A program made the position numbers and the translations under genes. Below, in pieces: positions 29,034 through 39,119 of a stretch of 64,000 bases of DNA (position 1 is its first letter; each line of letters begins with the position of its first letter). Source of the DNA: Treponemataceae bacterium. Lineage in GTDB: Bacteria; Spirochaetota; Spirochaetia; Treponematales; Rectinemataceae. The stretch lies in contig CAXXHO010000003.1 of NCBI GenBank assembly GCA_963667725.2, positions 768,001 to 832,000 of the forward strand, read 5' to 3'. The notes beneath the pieces were generated by a model. It was not told where the DNA came from, did no database searches, and worked only from the letters and a program-made list of their open reading frames with translations.

Positions 29034-29606
29034 TTGGCAGACAAGGATTTGCGGATCAATGAGCAGATTCGCGTGCGTGAAGTAAGGCTTATAGACGACA
29101 AGGGTGAACAGAGAGGCATCATTCCGACCCTCGAGGCGATCAAGATCGCCAGGGAGATCGGCCTGGACCTCGTCGAAGTGGCACCCCAGTCGGTTCCCCC
29201 CGTTTGTAAGTTGCTTAACTATGGCAAGTACAAGTTCGAGCAGGAAAAAAAGATCAAGGATACGAGGAAGCATACCAAGGCCGCGGAGCTCAAAGAAATC
29301 CGCATGCAGCCGAAGATTGCAGGCCACGACCTCGATTTCAAATCTGCCCATGTCAAGGAATTCCTTGAGCAGGGCAACAAGGTCAAGGTAACCATCAGGT
29401 TCCGCGGCCGCGAGCTTGCGCACACGGAGATTGGCGAACAGATCCTTAAAAAGATCCTAACCAAGCTGGAAGGTTACTATATCATGGAGAAGCTGCCCCT
29501 CATGGAAGGCCGATTCATGTCCATGGTGCTTCAGCCGAAAGCCTCCATCATCAAAAAGCAGGCTGTTTCGGATGAACCGACGCCCGAGATCAGCGAAGTT
29601 TTATGA
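29034..29606 (+). CDS. infC: translation initiation factor IF-3 (TTG start)
   Basis: [32 protein letters not shown]. Confidence 0.98.
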   Translation: MADKDLRINEQIRVREVRLIDDKGEQRGIIPTLEAIKIAREIGLDLVEVAPQSVPPVCKLLNYGKYKFEQEKKIKDTRKHTKAAELKEIRMQPKIAGHDLDFKSAHVKEFLEQGNKVKVTIRFRGRELAHTEIGEQILKKILTKLEGYYIMEKLPLMEGRFMSMVLQPKASIIKKQAVSDEPTPEISEVL

Positions 29607-29629
29607 AACTACGAGAAGGACGGTAGATA

Positions 29630-29830
29630 ATGCCCAAGATGAAGACGAAGAAAGCCGCCAGCAAGCGGTTTACCCTTACCGCCAGCGGTAAGGTAAAATA
29701 CAAGAAAATGAATCTTCGCCATATTTTGACGAAAAAGAGTGCGAAGCGGAAGAGAAATCTGCGGAAGCCGGGTTTTGTCGCTGCTGGTCCGATGCACCAG
29801 ATCAAGAAAAAGCTTCTGCCCAACGGCTAG
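29630..29830 (+). CDS. rpmI: 50S ribosomal protein L35
   Basis: [14 protein letters not shown]; gene order. Confidence 0.98.
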   Translation: MPKMKTKKAASKRFTLTASGKVKYKKMNLRHILTKKSAKRKRNLRKPGFVAAGPMHQIKKKLLPNG

Positions 29831-29854
29831 TTCGGGCTTAACAGGAGAAATGCA

Positions 29855-30214
29855 ATGTCAAGAGCAGTAGACGGCACCAAACGCAAAGATCACCGCAAGA
29901 AAATACTCAAGATAGCCAAAGGTTATTGGGGAAGACGCCATTCCAACTACAAGGTCGCGAAGGACGCTGTAGCGAAAGCTCTCTCCGACGCGTACAAGGA
30001 CAGGCGCGACAAGAAGGACGTGTTCAGGACTCTCTGGATCGCCCGTATCAATGCGGCCTGCAGGGCTCAGGATCTAACCTACAGCAGGTTCATCGAAGGC
30101 ATTAACAAGGCCGGCATAACGATGAACAGGAAAGTTCTCGCGGATCTCGCCATCACGGATCCGGCGGCTTTTTCCGCTATCGTCGAGCAGGCGAAAGCGG
30201 CCCTGAAGGTCTGA
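29855..30214 (+). CDS. rplT: 50S ribosomal protein L20
   Basis: AKGYWG, FR.LWIARINAA, NRKVLADLA. Confidence 0.98.
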   Translation: MSRAVDGTKRKDHRKKILKIAKGYWGRRHSNYKVAKDAVAKALSDAYKDRRDKKDVFRTLWIARINAACRAQDLTYSRFIEGINKAGITMNRKVLADLAITDPAAFSAIVEQAKAALKV

Positions 30215-30218
30215 GGCC

Positions 30219-30860
30219 ATGGTAAGTCTCGAGCAAATCCGCGCCCTCGAGGCGCGGGTTGAAAAAGCGGTTGTACTGATCGATAAGCTTCGCAGGGAAA
30301 ATGCCGAACTCGAGCAGCGTCTCATAGAAGCCTCAAGCTCCGAGGAGCAGGTCAAGGCAGCCTATTCAGAGCTCGAGAGTAAATCCGCGGCATCCATTCG
30401 AACCGCCTCTGATTCCGAGGCTTTGATCCAGGACCTCAACGCGCGTCTCGCGGCAGCGGAGGAAAGGGTCAGGACGGCCGAGGGAAGGGTCAAGGATGCC
30501 GAAGCCGAGAACGCTTCATACAGGGATCGAACCCTCGCGGCGGAGCGCAAGTCCGCCGATCTTGAATCCAAAGCGGAAGAACTTCAGAGAGAACAGTCAA
30601 GAATTGAGGAAGGACTGACGCATGCCCTCCAGAAGCTGGATGCCTTCGAGGATCTGGTGATGGGCATATCTGTCGGCAACGCCGATGCGGCCGTCGCCGA
30701 CGAAGCGTCAGCTACCGTGGAAGAAAAGGCGGAAACAGTCGACCAATCTCCAGCGGCCACCGAACCTCAGGAGTCGCCGTTTCTCGGCGCGTCGTTTCGA
30801 GGCGAGCAGCTCCCTGGCGATTCTTCACAGGGCGAGGAACATGAACTCGACATATTCTGA
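30219..30860 (+). CDS. coiled-coil protein, ZapB-like
   Basis: MVSLEQIRALE.RVEKAV, long coiled coil, acidic tail ending LDIF; upstream of zapA. Confidence 0.65.
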   Translation: MVSLEQIRALEARVEKAVVLIDKLRRENAELEQRLIEASSSEEQVKAAYSELESKSAASIRTASDSEALIQDLNARLAAAEERVRTAEGRVKDAEAENASYRDRTLAAERKSADLESKAEELQREQSRIEEGLTHALQKLDAFEDLVMGISVGNADAAVADEASATVEEKAETVDQSPAATEPQESPFLGASFRGEQLPGDSSQGEEHELDIF

Positions 30861-30873
30861 GGAAGGCGGAAAA

Positions 30874-31164
30874 GTGCCATCCCAGATTATTCCCATTGAA
30901 GTGCTCGGCGTTTCCTTCACAATTCGCACCGATGAGGATCGAGCCTACATCGAAGGCCTGGTTTCGGAGCTTAAGGAAAGGCTTTCGGGCGTTTCCGGCC
31001 AGATGAAAATCGTGGATCCGCTCAAGCTGGCCCTCATTACGAACCTTCTGACTTTGGATGAAATGCGTCGCGGCGAGAATCAGAAAGCTTCCGCTTCCAG
31101 GGAATCCGAAGCGGCTTCGCTTCTCGACAGTCTGGATAAGCGTTTGGGTGAGCTTGGTCTGTAA
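30874..31164 (+). CDS. zapA: cell division protein ZapA
   Basis: IEVLG.SFTI.TDED..Y, KLALIT.L...DE; GTG start. Confidence 0.8.
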   Translation: MPSQIIPIEVLGVSFTIRTDEDRAYIEGLVSELKERLSGVSGQMKIVDPLKLALITNLLTLDEMRRGENQKASASRESEAASLLDSLDKRLGELGL

Positions 31165-31199
31165 TTGAAAGCGGACAGAATGGTCCATAGGAGCGAATA

Positions 31200-31394
31200 A
31201 TGATAATGCCTCTCGAACAACTGATAAATTACAATACCAACTCATACGAACTAGCCGTCGCCGTAAACAGGCGGGCATTCCAGCTGGCCGTGCTGAAGAC
31301 GCCCGAGGTCGAGAAAAACAACGGCAAGGTTGTATCCCTGGCAGCCCAGCAGGTTTTCGGCAAGCAGGTGGATTATCGGTTCATCAACGGTTAA
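31200..31394 (+). CDS. rpoZ: RNA polymerase omega subunit
   Basis: N.YELAVAV.RRA.QL, K.VS.A; spirochaete-type. Confidence 0.8.
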   Translation: MIMPLEQLINYNTNSYELAVAVNRRAFQLAVLKTPEVEKNNGKVVSLAAQQVFGKQVDYRFING

Positions 31395-32358
31395 GGTCAT
31401 TATCGTGACCGGCCCGACGGCATCGGGCAAAACAGAGCTCCTTGACAGCGTTTTTGGTCGGGGAGCTTTTTCGTTTTTCGCTTCCCTCGGGAAAATCCGG
31501 CCCGACAATGAAAACCTTCCTTCCGCCGCCGCCGTCATAAGCGCCGATTCCATGCAGGCGTACAGGGGGATGGATATAGGAACGGCCAAGCCAGAGGCCG
31601 AGCTCCTTTGCCGACTTCCCCATCATCTGATCGACATCAAGAATCCCGACGAACAGTATACGGCGGGAGAATTCGTCCGCCTGGCCGACGCCTTGTGCGT
31701 TTCCCTGGCCGAAAAGAATATCGTACCGGTAATTTCCGGCGGCACGGGCTTTTATCTGAAAAGCTTCGTCTGCGGAACGGGTACGGCTCCTCCCGCCGAC
31801 CCCGCCGTTAGGAAGGAAGTCGCGGGAGACCTGGAAAGGCTGGGGCCGGAGAAGCTCCGGCGCGAGCTTGCGGAAGCCGACCCGGCATCGGCCGCCCGGA
31901 TCAACGAACGCGATCTATATCGGTTGACGAGAGCGGTGGAAATTCTGAGGATGAGCGGGCAGCCGCCTTCCTATTTCGCTCCCTCCAGCGAGCCGCGCTC
32001 CGGTTACGAATTTCTCATCCTGGGCGTCGAAAGACCCCGTGACGAGCTGAAGCGACGCATTCATGCCCGGGTTGAAAAGATGTTCGAAGCAGGCCTCGCG
32101 GAGGAGGTCGACGCGCTTAAGTCAGCGGGCTATACCGCCGAAAACCCGGGGCTCAAGGCCATTGGCTACAGCGAATTCTTCTCCATGGAGGGCGCGCCGC
32201 GGGGCGATATAGCCGAGGCGATAGAACTCCATACGAACCAATACATGAAACGTCAAATGACATTCCTGCGTGCCCTGCCCGGCATTCGATGGATGGAAGC
32301 CGATCCCGACCTCTTCTCCCGTACCATCGTCTCTTTCCTTTCGGGCTCCCGGCGATAA
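31330..32358 (+). CDS. miaA: tRNA dimethylallyltransferase
   Basis: GPTASGKT, SADSMQ.YRGMDIGTAKP, GGTGFY, AIGY, KRQ.T; start uncertain (TTG 31330 overlaps rpoZ by 65 nt). Confidence 0.95.
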   Translation: MYPWQPSRFSASRWIIGSSTVKVIIVTGPTASGKTELLDSVFGRGAFSFFASLGKIRPDNENLPSAAAVISADSMQAYRGMDIGTAKPEAELLCRLPHHLIDIKNPDEQYTAGEFVRLADALCVSLAEKNIVPVISGGTGFYLKSFVCGTGTAPPADPAVRKEVAGDLERLGPEKLRRELAEADPASAARINERDLYRLTRAVEILRMSGQPPSYFAPSSEPRSGYEFLILGVERPRDELKRRIHARVEKMFEAGLAEEVDALKSAGYTAENPGLKAIGYSEFFSMEGAPRGDIAEAIELHTNQYMKRQMTFLRALPGIRWMEADPDLFSRTIVSFLSGSRR

Positions 32359-32410
32359 AATCTCTCCGTCTCCTTTAATATTTTCGGCGAAGCGGTTATA
32401 ATCGCTCGCA

Positions 32411-32893
32411 ATGGATACGACGACTAATCTTCTTGCGGCGTTGCTCGCCATGCTTCCCATTTCGGAATTGAGGGGAGCCATCCCCTTCGCCGTGCTCAGG
32501 GGTACGGATCTTCTTGCCGCCGCCCTTATCGGCATCGGTTTCAACGCTCTTGTCCCCCTTATCGCTTTTCTCTTCCTATCGACACTCCATAAACTTTTCT
32601 ATAAATGGACCTGGTACAAAGGTTTTTTTGATCGTTTCGTCGAAAAGACCAGGATGAAAGTACACGCCAAGGTCGAGAAATACGGGTACTGGGGACTCCT
32701 TGTATTCGTCGCCATCCCGCTTCCCGTGACCGGAGCGTGGACGGGAACGCTCGGCGCCTGGATCCTGGGCATGAATTGGAAAAAATCCTGTCTCGCGATA
32801 GTGGGCGGCGTTGTCGTCGCCGGCATAATCGTCACGCTTCTCGTCGCCCTGATGGGCGCCGGGGCCACGTCGATTTTTTTCAAATCCATCTGA
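32411..32893 (+). CDS. small multi-drug export family membrane protein (COG2426)
   Basis: P.SELRGAIP, FVAIPLPVTGAWTG. Confidence 0.88.
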   Translation: MDTTTNLLAALLAMLPISELRGAIPFAVLRGTDLLAAALIGIGFNALVPLIAFLFLSTLHKLFYKWTWYKGFFDRFVEKTRMKVHAKVEKYGYWGLLVFVAIPLPVTGAWTGTLGAWILGMNWKKSCLAIVGGVVVAGIIVTLLVALMGAGATSIFFKSI

Positions 32894-32935
32894 TCGTTTA
32901 GGGAAACCGCAGCTCAGCCTCGCAACAAGGATACT

Positions 32936-35005
32936 ATGGCTATCGACTTTGCCTCAGAACTCGATCCGGAACAATACCGAGCCGTCACGACCACCGAAGG
33001 GCCTCTTCTCATCATCGCGGGGGCAGGTTCGGGCAAGACCCGCGTGATCACGTACCGGATCGCTCGGCTTCTTTCCATGGGAGCGCCGCAGGAATCCATT
33101 CTCGCGCTCACCTTCACTAATAAGGCGGCCCGCGAGATGGCCGAGCGCACCAGGGAGCTCACGGGGCTCCCTCTAAAGAACCTGATCGTCTCCACCTTCC
33201 ATTCCTTCGGCGCCTGGTTTCTCCGGAAGGAAATCCACAGGCTCGGCTGGAAGGAAAACTTCACCATCTACGATGAACAGGACAGGATGCAGGCCGCCAA
33301 GGAATGCGCCCGGGAATTGGGGTTCGGGATGGAAGGTTTCGACGCGGCCAAGGCGGCAGCGTTCATCTCCGCGAGGAGAACAGGGTTTTCGCCGACGGCC
33401 GGGGCGCGCGAAGCCGATGCCGTAGGAAGCGGCGCTTCCGTGGGAAGCGATGCTTCTGTAGGAAGCGACGCCTACGAGGGATTATTCGAGGAATACAGAA
33501 AATGCCTTCGTCTCTACAACGCCGTCGATTTCGACGATCTCATCGCCATGCCCCTCGAGATATTCCACGCGTTTCCAGAATCGGCCAACGCGCTTAAAAA
33601 GAGATTCCGCTACGTCATGATCGACGAGTTCCAGGATACGTCGCTTCAGCAGTACGAACTCATCAAGGCCTTCGCGTCGGACAACGTCTGCGCGGTGGGC
33701 GACGACGATCAATCCATCTATTCATGGCGAGGAGCGAACTTCGGAAACATGGAAAAATTTGAAAAGGATAATCCTGGCATAGTCGAAATAAAGCTGGAAA
33801 GAAACTACCGCTCTACCTCCACCATACTGGGAGCGGCCAACGCTTTAATAACGCACAACGTTAAAAGAAAGAAAAAAAATCTGTGGTCGCCGGCGAAGAA
33901 CCTTGGGGTTCCCATTCTTCTCGACGAGACCGAGGACGAAGCCGAGGAGGCCGAGAACATCATCCTCAGGATGAAAACCCTGCGCATCGCCGACGGTTTG
34001 GCGTGGGACGCCTTCGGCATCCTCGTGAGGACGAACTCGCAGGCGAGGGTGATAGAGGAATCGCTCATGGAGGCCGGCCTGCCTTACAGGACAGCGGGGG
34101 GGCCCTCGTTCTATCAACGCAAGGAAGTGAGGGACATGCTCGCCTATCTCAAGGCGGCGGCCAACCTGGACGACGACATGAGCGTCCTGAGGATAATAAA
34201 TGTTCCGAGACGCGGCATCGGAAAGGTGGGGCTCGAGAAAATATCAGGCTTTTCCCGCTCGCGCAATATGTCCATGCATATGGCCCTCGAAATCATCGAA
34301 CGTTCTCAGGATCCTCTCTCCAACGTGAAGTCGGTGCGCGAGGCCATGGAATTCTTCGCCTATCTGACGAGCTTTCGCGAAACGCTTCTGTCGAGAAAAA
34401 AACCGATCTCGGCCTGTCTGAGGGAGATGGTGGACAGGATCGGCTACTGGCATTATCTGCTCGAGGAATATAAGTCGGACGACAAGACGGCGGCGTGGAA
34501 ATACAGGAACATAGAGCTGCTCGCCGCATCTATCGAGCGTTGGGAAAAAGATCCTGACACGATGGACAAAGGACTCTTCGCCTATTTGGCGCGCGTCGCC
34601 CTTGTCACGCGCGACGATCCGGACGATGACGACGGAAAGATAAGTCTTCTCACGATTCATTCGGCGAAGGGGCTGGAGTTCGACGTCGTCTTCATCCCCG
34701 GCTGCGAGGAGGGGATCCTGCCCCACGCGAGATCCCTCGAGGAAGGCGACGGGGACCTTGAAGAAGAAAGGCGGCTCTTTTACGTAGCCCTGACGAGGGC
34801 GAAAAAGCGGCTTTTCCTGAGCCGCTGCCTGAGAAGAAAGCACCGCATGCAGGCGGTCGATACGGCGCCCTCTCCCTTCCTGGCGGAACTGCCCGAGGAA
34901 TTCCTCAAGTCGGAAGATCCCATGGAGAGCGCCCGTTCAGAAGAGGATCTGCGAAAGGACGTATTGGCGAGAATGAAGGCCAAGTTTGCCGAAAAAGCCG
35001 GGTGA
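32936..35005 (+). CDS. UvrD/Rep family DNA helicase
   Basis: AGAGSGKT, TFTNKAA, DEFQD, GDDDQSIY, NYRS, TIHSAKGLEF, EERRLFYVALTRA. Confidence 0.96.
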   Translation: MAIDFASELDPEQYRAVTTTEGPLLIIAGAGSGKTRVITYRIARLLSMGAPQESILALTFTNKAAREMAERTRELTGLPLKNLIVSTFHSFGAWFLRKEIHRLGWKENFTIYDEQDRMQAAKECARELGFGMEGFDAAKAAAFISARRTGFSPTAGAREADAVGSGASVGSDASVGSDAYEGLFEEYRKCLRLYNAVDFDDLIAMPLEIFHAFPESANALKKRFRYVMIDEFQDTSLQQYELIKAFASDNVCAVGDDDQSIYSWRGANFGNMEKFEKDNPGIVEIKLERNYRSTSTILGAANALITHNVKRKKKNLWSPAKNLGVPILLDETEDEAEEAENIILRMKTLRIADGLAWDAFGILVRTNSQARVIEESLMEAGLPYRTAGGPSFYQRKEVRDMLAYLKAAANLDDDMSVLRIINVPRRGIGKVGLEKISGFSRSRNMSMHMALEIIERSQDPLSNVKSVREAMEFFAYLTSFRETLLSRKKPISACLREMVDRIGYWHYLLEEYKSDDKTAAWKYRNIELLAASIERWEKDPDTMDKGLFAYLARVALVTRDDPDDDDGKISLLTIHSAKGLEFDVVFIPGCEEGILPHARSLEEGDGDLEEERRLFYVALTRAKKRLFLSRCLRRKHRMQAVDTAPSPFLAELPEEFLKSEDPMESARSEEDLRKDVLARMKAKFAEKAG

Positions 35006-35016
35006 GAGCCGGACTC

Positions 35017-35985
35017 CTACCGGTCGACGCCGGAATTCCCCACGTTTATCCAGGTGAGTTCGTGCCTGTTGTGCCAGAGGTGGATGACTTTGGAGCCGGG
35101 AATGGCCGCGAATTTATCGGTCGTCGCCTTGTCGAACGAAGGCCCCTGCATCTTGATCGTGCAGATGAAGTTCTTCGCCAGGCCCGACTCCCTCCATGCC
35201 GATATCCAGTCGAAAAGAGCCTCGGGATAGCAGATCACGTCGGAACAAAGCCAATCCACGGGACCGATATCGCCTGGTTTCAGGGTGAAGGCATCATGTT
35301 TCATGTAGCGTACCCCGGGCATAGCCGCCACTGATTCGTCGAGGGGCGCCCTGTCTATGGCGATGACCTCGGCGCCCAGCCCGGCCAGGGCCCAGGTCCA
35401 GCCTCCCGGGCAGGCGCCGGCGTCCACGCAGAGATCTCCCGGAGCGGGGAGTCGGCCGGCGAAGAGAAGAGCTTCCCATAGTTTTCGGTAAGCGCGCGAA
35501 GGCGGGCCTTCCTTGTCTTCCACGAAGGAAAATTCCCCGTTCGGAAAGGGGCTGGAGCAGCGGGCCGAACCGAGGAGCAGATGTTCGTCGAGCAGCGTAA
35601 AGCTTCCCATAGGCGATTCGGGCAGGGAGAATGGAAAGGCTTTCGGTTTGACCGGGACATGGGGCAGGGCGTCCACGATCAGGGCTGTCCTTCGGTGCAG
35701 ACGGGTAGGGTAGGCCGCCCAATTCCTCTGGACGGCGCGCAGCGCTTTGGCCGCCTGCGATATGGAATCGAATTCTAGGAGAAAAGGCTCTTTCCATACA
35801 TTGCGCGTCCAGTAGATATTCTTGGGCTTCGTCTCGGGAAGCGGAGAAGAATCGGGGCTCCAGCAGCCGACCAGCTCTTCGTCCACCCTCCCGTAACCGG
35901 GCAGTTCATCGAGCAGATGACCGAGGAACCCTCTCGCGGCCAGATAGGCCTCACCCTTCAGGAATTGCATACCTGACAATAGCAA
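35017..35985 (-). CDS. RlmM/FtsJ-like rRNA 2'-O-methyltransferase
   Basis: PSRAY.KL.EA, DAGACPGGWT, DWL.SDV, HNR.E.T. Confidence 0.8.
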   Translation of the reverse strand: MLLSGMQFLKGEAYLAARGFLGHLLDELPGYGRVDEELVGCWSPDSSPLPETKPKNIYWTRNVWKEPFLLEFDSISQAAKALRAVQRNWAAYPTRLHRRTALIVDALPHVPVKPKAFPFSLPESPMGSFTLLDEHLLLGSARCSSPFPNGEFSFVEDKEGPPSRAYRKLWEALLFAGRLPAPGDLCVDAGACPGGWTWALAGLGAEVIAIDRAPLDESVAAMPGVRYMKHDAFTLKPGDIGPVDWLCSDVICYPEALFDWISAWRESGLAKNFICTIKMQGPSFDKATTDKFAAIPGSKVIHLWHNRHELTWINVGNSGVDR

Positions 35986-36147
35986 ATTCCGCCGGCTTCC
36001 TCAACCGATCGGGCGTCGACCCTCCTCGCCGGTGGCCGATGCTCGCGCATGGCGTTTTCAATACATCCTCTTGCGGGCTGCGGGTTACTGTGCTAGACCG
36101 TGAGATGCGGCCGCGGCCTATCGGCCCAAGCTTTTTCGAGGAGTCAT

Positions 36148-37395
36148 ATGTCGGATCTCGGTCTACTGCTTTCCGTTTCGCAAAAATTTGACAACGTGAT
36201 TCGCGACCCCGTCTGGGGCGACATGCATTTCGACGAATCCCTCTTCGAGCTTACGAAAACGGCGCCGTTTCGGGTTCTGGATGGGGTGCGGCAGCTCGGT
36301 CCCGTCACGTACCTCTATCCGGGCGCGACCCATACGAGGAGAGGCCACAGCATGGGCGTATATTATATCGCCCGGCGCCTGGCCTTGTCGCTCATCGAAC
36401 GCGGCCAGATTTCCTTCGCGAGCCCGGAAGGGCTTCGCGCCTTTCTCGTCTCCGCCCTCTGCCACGACCTGGGGCATTACCCCTTCGCCCATTCGCTGAA
36501 AGAGCTTCCGCTGGCGGCTCATGAGGCTCTGGCGGGAGATCTCGTGCTGCAGGAACCCCTGCGCACGGCAATCCTGGACTGCGAGGCCGATCCCGAACAG
36601 GTGGCCGCGATCATCGATCGCGATCGTTCCCTTCCCGACGACAGGGAAACCAGGCTGTTCAGGCGTATACTCTCGGGAGTACTCGATCCCGACAAGATCG
36701 ACTACCTGACGCGAGATGCTTTTTATTGCGGCATACCCTATGGAATACAGGACGCCGACTTCATCCTGCGCCGCATCCTGGTGGATGATGATTTGCTTAC
36801 TGTGGACGTGCGCGGCGAAATGAGCATAGAAGCCCTGCTTTTTTCGAAGTATCAGATGTACCGATCCGTCTATTGGCATCATACGGTGCGCTCGGCCACC
36901 TCCATGGTCAAAAAGTCCGTCCTGCTCGGACTTACCCATGGCGCCATCGTACCGGAAAATCTTTACGGCCTCGACGACGCCGGATTCAGAAGCCTTACGG
37001 CGGCCGGCCCAGCCGAATTCTTCCAGCCGGCCGAGGATGCCTTCGCGGGAAGGATGTACAATCTCGTCGGCGAAATCAGCTATGACGCCGAAAACGCCGT
37101 CCATGCCGACCTCAACGAGCTCGGGAAAAGACTCGAAGCGGAGATGGCTCTTGCTATGGCGGCCAACGTTAGGGAATCGGATATCGTGATCGATATTCCG
37201 GAGCCGATAGATTTCGAGACTAATCTGATGGTGAAAACGCGCGACGGCCGCGAAGCCTTCTCCTCCCGGACAAGGTTATTCGGTCCCGAATCGCTGAAAA
37301 GTCTCGTCCAGTCGCTCAGAAGGATCAGAATATACGCCCATCCGCGCGTCGATTCCGCCCTGCTCCATGGACTGGCGCGCGAACTCCTGACCTGA
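36148..37395 (+). CDS. HD-domain phosphohydrolase (dNTP triphosphohydrolase/SAMHD1-like)
   Basis: IRDPVWG, RQLG, YPGATHTR..HS.G, HDLGHYPFAH, D.DKIDYL.RD, VYWH. Confidence 0.9.
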   Translation: MSDLGLLLSVSQKFDNVIRDPVWGDMHFDESLFELTKTAPFRVLDGVRQLGPVTYLYPGATHTRRGHSMGVYYIARRLALSLIERGQISFASPEGLRAFLVSALCHDLGHYPFAHSLKELPLAAHEALAGDLVLQEPLRTAILDCEADPEQVAAIIDRDRSLPDDRETRLFRRILSGVLDPDKIDYLTRDAFYCGIPYGIQDADFILRRILVDDDLLTVDVRGEMSIEALLFSKYQMYRSVYWHHTVRSATSMVKKSVLLGLTHGAIVPENLYGLDDAGFRSLTAAGPAEFFQPAEDAFAGRMYNLVGEISYDAENAVHADLNELGKRLEAEMALAMAANVRESDIVIDIPEPIDFETNLMVKTRDGREAFSSRTRLFGPESLKSLVQSLRRIRIYAHPRVDSALLHGLARELLT

Positions 37396-37614
37396 GAAAG
37401 CCGCTTCCGGACGCTCCTATCGTCATTTCTTGGCAGAGTCCAAGAAAAATGCATGCAGAATATTGAATTAACCAATAAATCATTGCATTGAATGATCTTT
37501 TCCCCATTGCCACGCCGCCGTCGGACCGGTCCGGCAGAGGGTATACCGCTATACGCTCGTGTAGCTGTTCCGCGAAAAAATATTGTTTCTGTCTATTCTT
37601 TCCCTCTCTTTTCG

Positions 37615-37690
37615 TTGACAGCTTTCCTATAAAGGGTAAAATTGAGTTGTAGTGGTAAATTGTGGGAAATAGTAGGAAATAGTGGTATGA
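37615..37690 (+). promoter_or_regulatory. dcw promoter with MraZ-binding repeats
   Basis: TTGACA-16-TAAAAT, then four 10-bp-period units AGTGGTAAAT TGTGGGAAAT AGTAGGAAAT AGTGGTATGA. Confidence 0.8.
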
Positions 37691-38130
37691 ACCTTCTAAC
37701 TGGCGAGTTCAGGAACACCCTGGACGAAAAAGGACGGATCTCACTCCCCGCGCGAATGAGAAGCGAACTGCCGGGAACGAATCTTGTCCTTACCAAGGGT
37801 GTCGACAAATGCCTTTGGCTTTTTCCTCCTCTCCAGTGGGAAGATCTCTCCCAGAAACTCATGGCGAACACAAGCCTGTTTCAGGCGAAATCACGGCATG
37901 TACAGCGCAGGATAATCGCTCCGGCCACAGGCGTCGAGGTGGACCGCCTCGGCAGGATTTCCATTCCCCAGGAATTGAGGGAGTGGGCGGGGCTGTCTCG
38001 CGAGTGCATCATTCTCGGAATTTCCAAATACATCGAAATCTGGAACGCTGAAGAATACGAGAAATATATAAACGACAACGAAAGCGCCTTCTTGAGCGAC
38101 ACCGAAGATCTCGGAGGCCTGACGCTTTAG
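37687..38130 (+). CDS. mraZ: division/cell wall cluster regulator MraZ
   Basis: LDEKGRISLPA..R, VDRLGRISIP..LR. Confidence 0.96.
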   Translation: MNLLTGEFRNTLDEKGRISLPARMRSELPGTNLVLTKGVDKCLWLFPPLQWEDLSQKLMANTSLFQAKSRHVQRRIIAPATGVEVDRLGRISIPQELREWAGLSRECIILGISKYIEIWNAEEYEKYINDNESAFLSDTEDLGGLTL

Positions 38131-38144
38131 GCGTCGGGGTATCC

Positions 38145-39119
38145 ATGAAAGAGAAATCGACTTCCCCGGACGGAACTGAAGCCCCCGTCATTCTCCATAC
38201 GCCGGTGATGCTCGCCGAGATTCTCGAACTGTTCGATATGGTAGGCAAACCCAACGCGCTCGTGGCCGACTGCACCTTAGGCGCCGGCGGCCATGCCGAA
38301 GCCATACTTTCGCGATCCTCCGGCGTCCGTTACGTCGGCATCGATGCCGATCCCGAAGCGAGGGAGCGTTCGGCGGCCAGGCTGGGGGTCTTCGCCGACA
38401 GGCTGGAAATCCGGGCCGGCTATTTCGACGAGGTTCTGGAAGCGTGGGCTTCTTTTCCCGGCTTTGAAAGACCCGACTTCATCCTTTTCGACCTCGGCGT
38501 CTCGACGCATCACTATCTCGATTCCAAGCGGGGTTTTTCCTTCGCGAACGAAGAACCTCTCGATATGCGCTTTTCCCCCGAAGCCGAGACTTCAGCTTTC
38601 GATCTGGTCAATAAAATGACGGAAAGCGATCTGGCTGACGTCATCTATCAGTATGGCGAGGAGCGCTATTCGAGGCGCATAGCGAAATCGATTCTCGAGG
38701 CGCGCAGGAACGCGCCCATCAGGACATCCAAGGCCCTGGCTTCCATCGTGGCGGGCGCCGTGCCGTCCTCCTACCGATACGGCAGGATACATCCCGCCAC
38801 AAGAACCTTTCAGGCATTGCGGATAAAAGTGAACAACGAACTGGAAAGAGAAGAAAAGGGGCTCGCCTCCGCCGTGGATATGCTCGCGCCGGGCGGAATT
38901 CTCGCCGTCATTTCCTTCCATTCGCTGGAAGACCGAATCGCCAAAAAACTATGCAAAGACTATAGCAGAAATAAAGGCTACGAGGAAATCTACAAAAAGC
39001 CGCGCATTCCTACCGACGCGGAATGCGGGACGAATCCGGCTTCCAGATCGGCGAAGCTGCGCGCCCTGCGCGCGCCCTCGGCCGCCGCGGCATCGGGAAT
39101 GAAAGGAGCGCGGGAATGA
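38145..39119 (+). CDS. rsmH: 16S rRNA m4C1402 methyltransferase
   Basis: HTPVM, DCTLGAGGH, DLGVS, PLDMR, HPATRTFQALRI, FHSLEDR. Confidence 0.97.
   Translation: MKEKSTSPDGTEAPVILHTPVMLAEILELFDMVGKPNALVADCTLGAGGHAEAILSRSSGVRYVGIDADPEARERSAARLGVFADRLEIRAGYFDEVLEAWASFPGFERPDFILFDLGVSTHHYLDSKRGFSFANEEPLDMRFSPEAETSAFDLVNKMTESDLADVIYQYGEERYSRRIAKSILEARRNAPIRTSKALASIVAGAVPSSYRYGRIHPATRTFQALRIKVNNELEREEKGLASAVDMLAPGGILAVISFHSLEDRIAKKLCKDYSRNKGYEEIYKKPRIPTDAECGTNPASRSAKLRALRAPSAAAASGMKGARE

Noticed and set aside
31165..31199. 6S RNA after zapA
   Set aside because: Only 35 bp separate zapA from rpoZ
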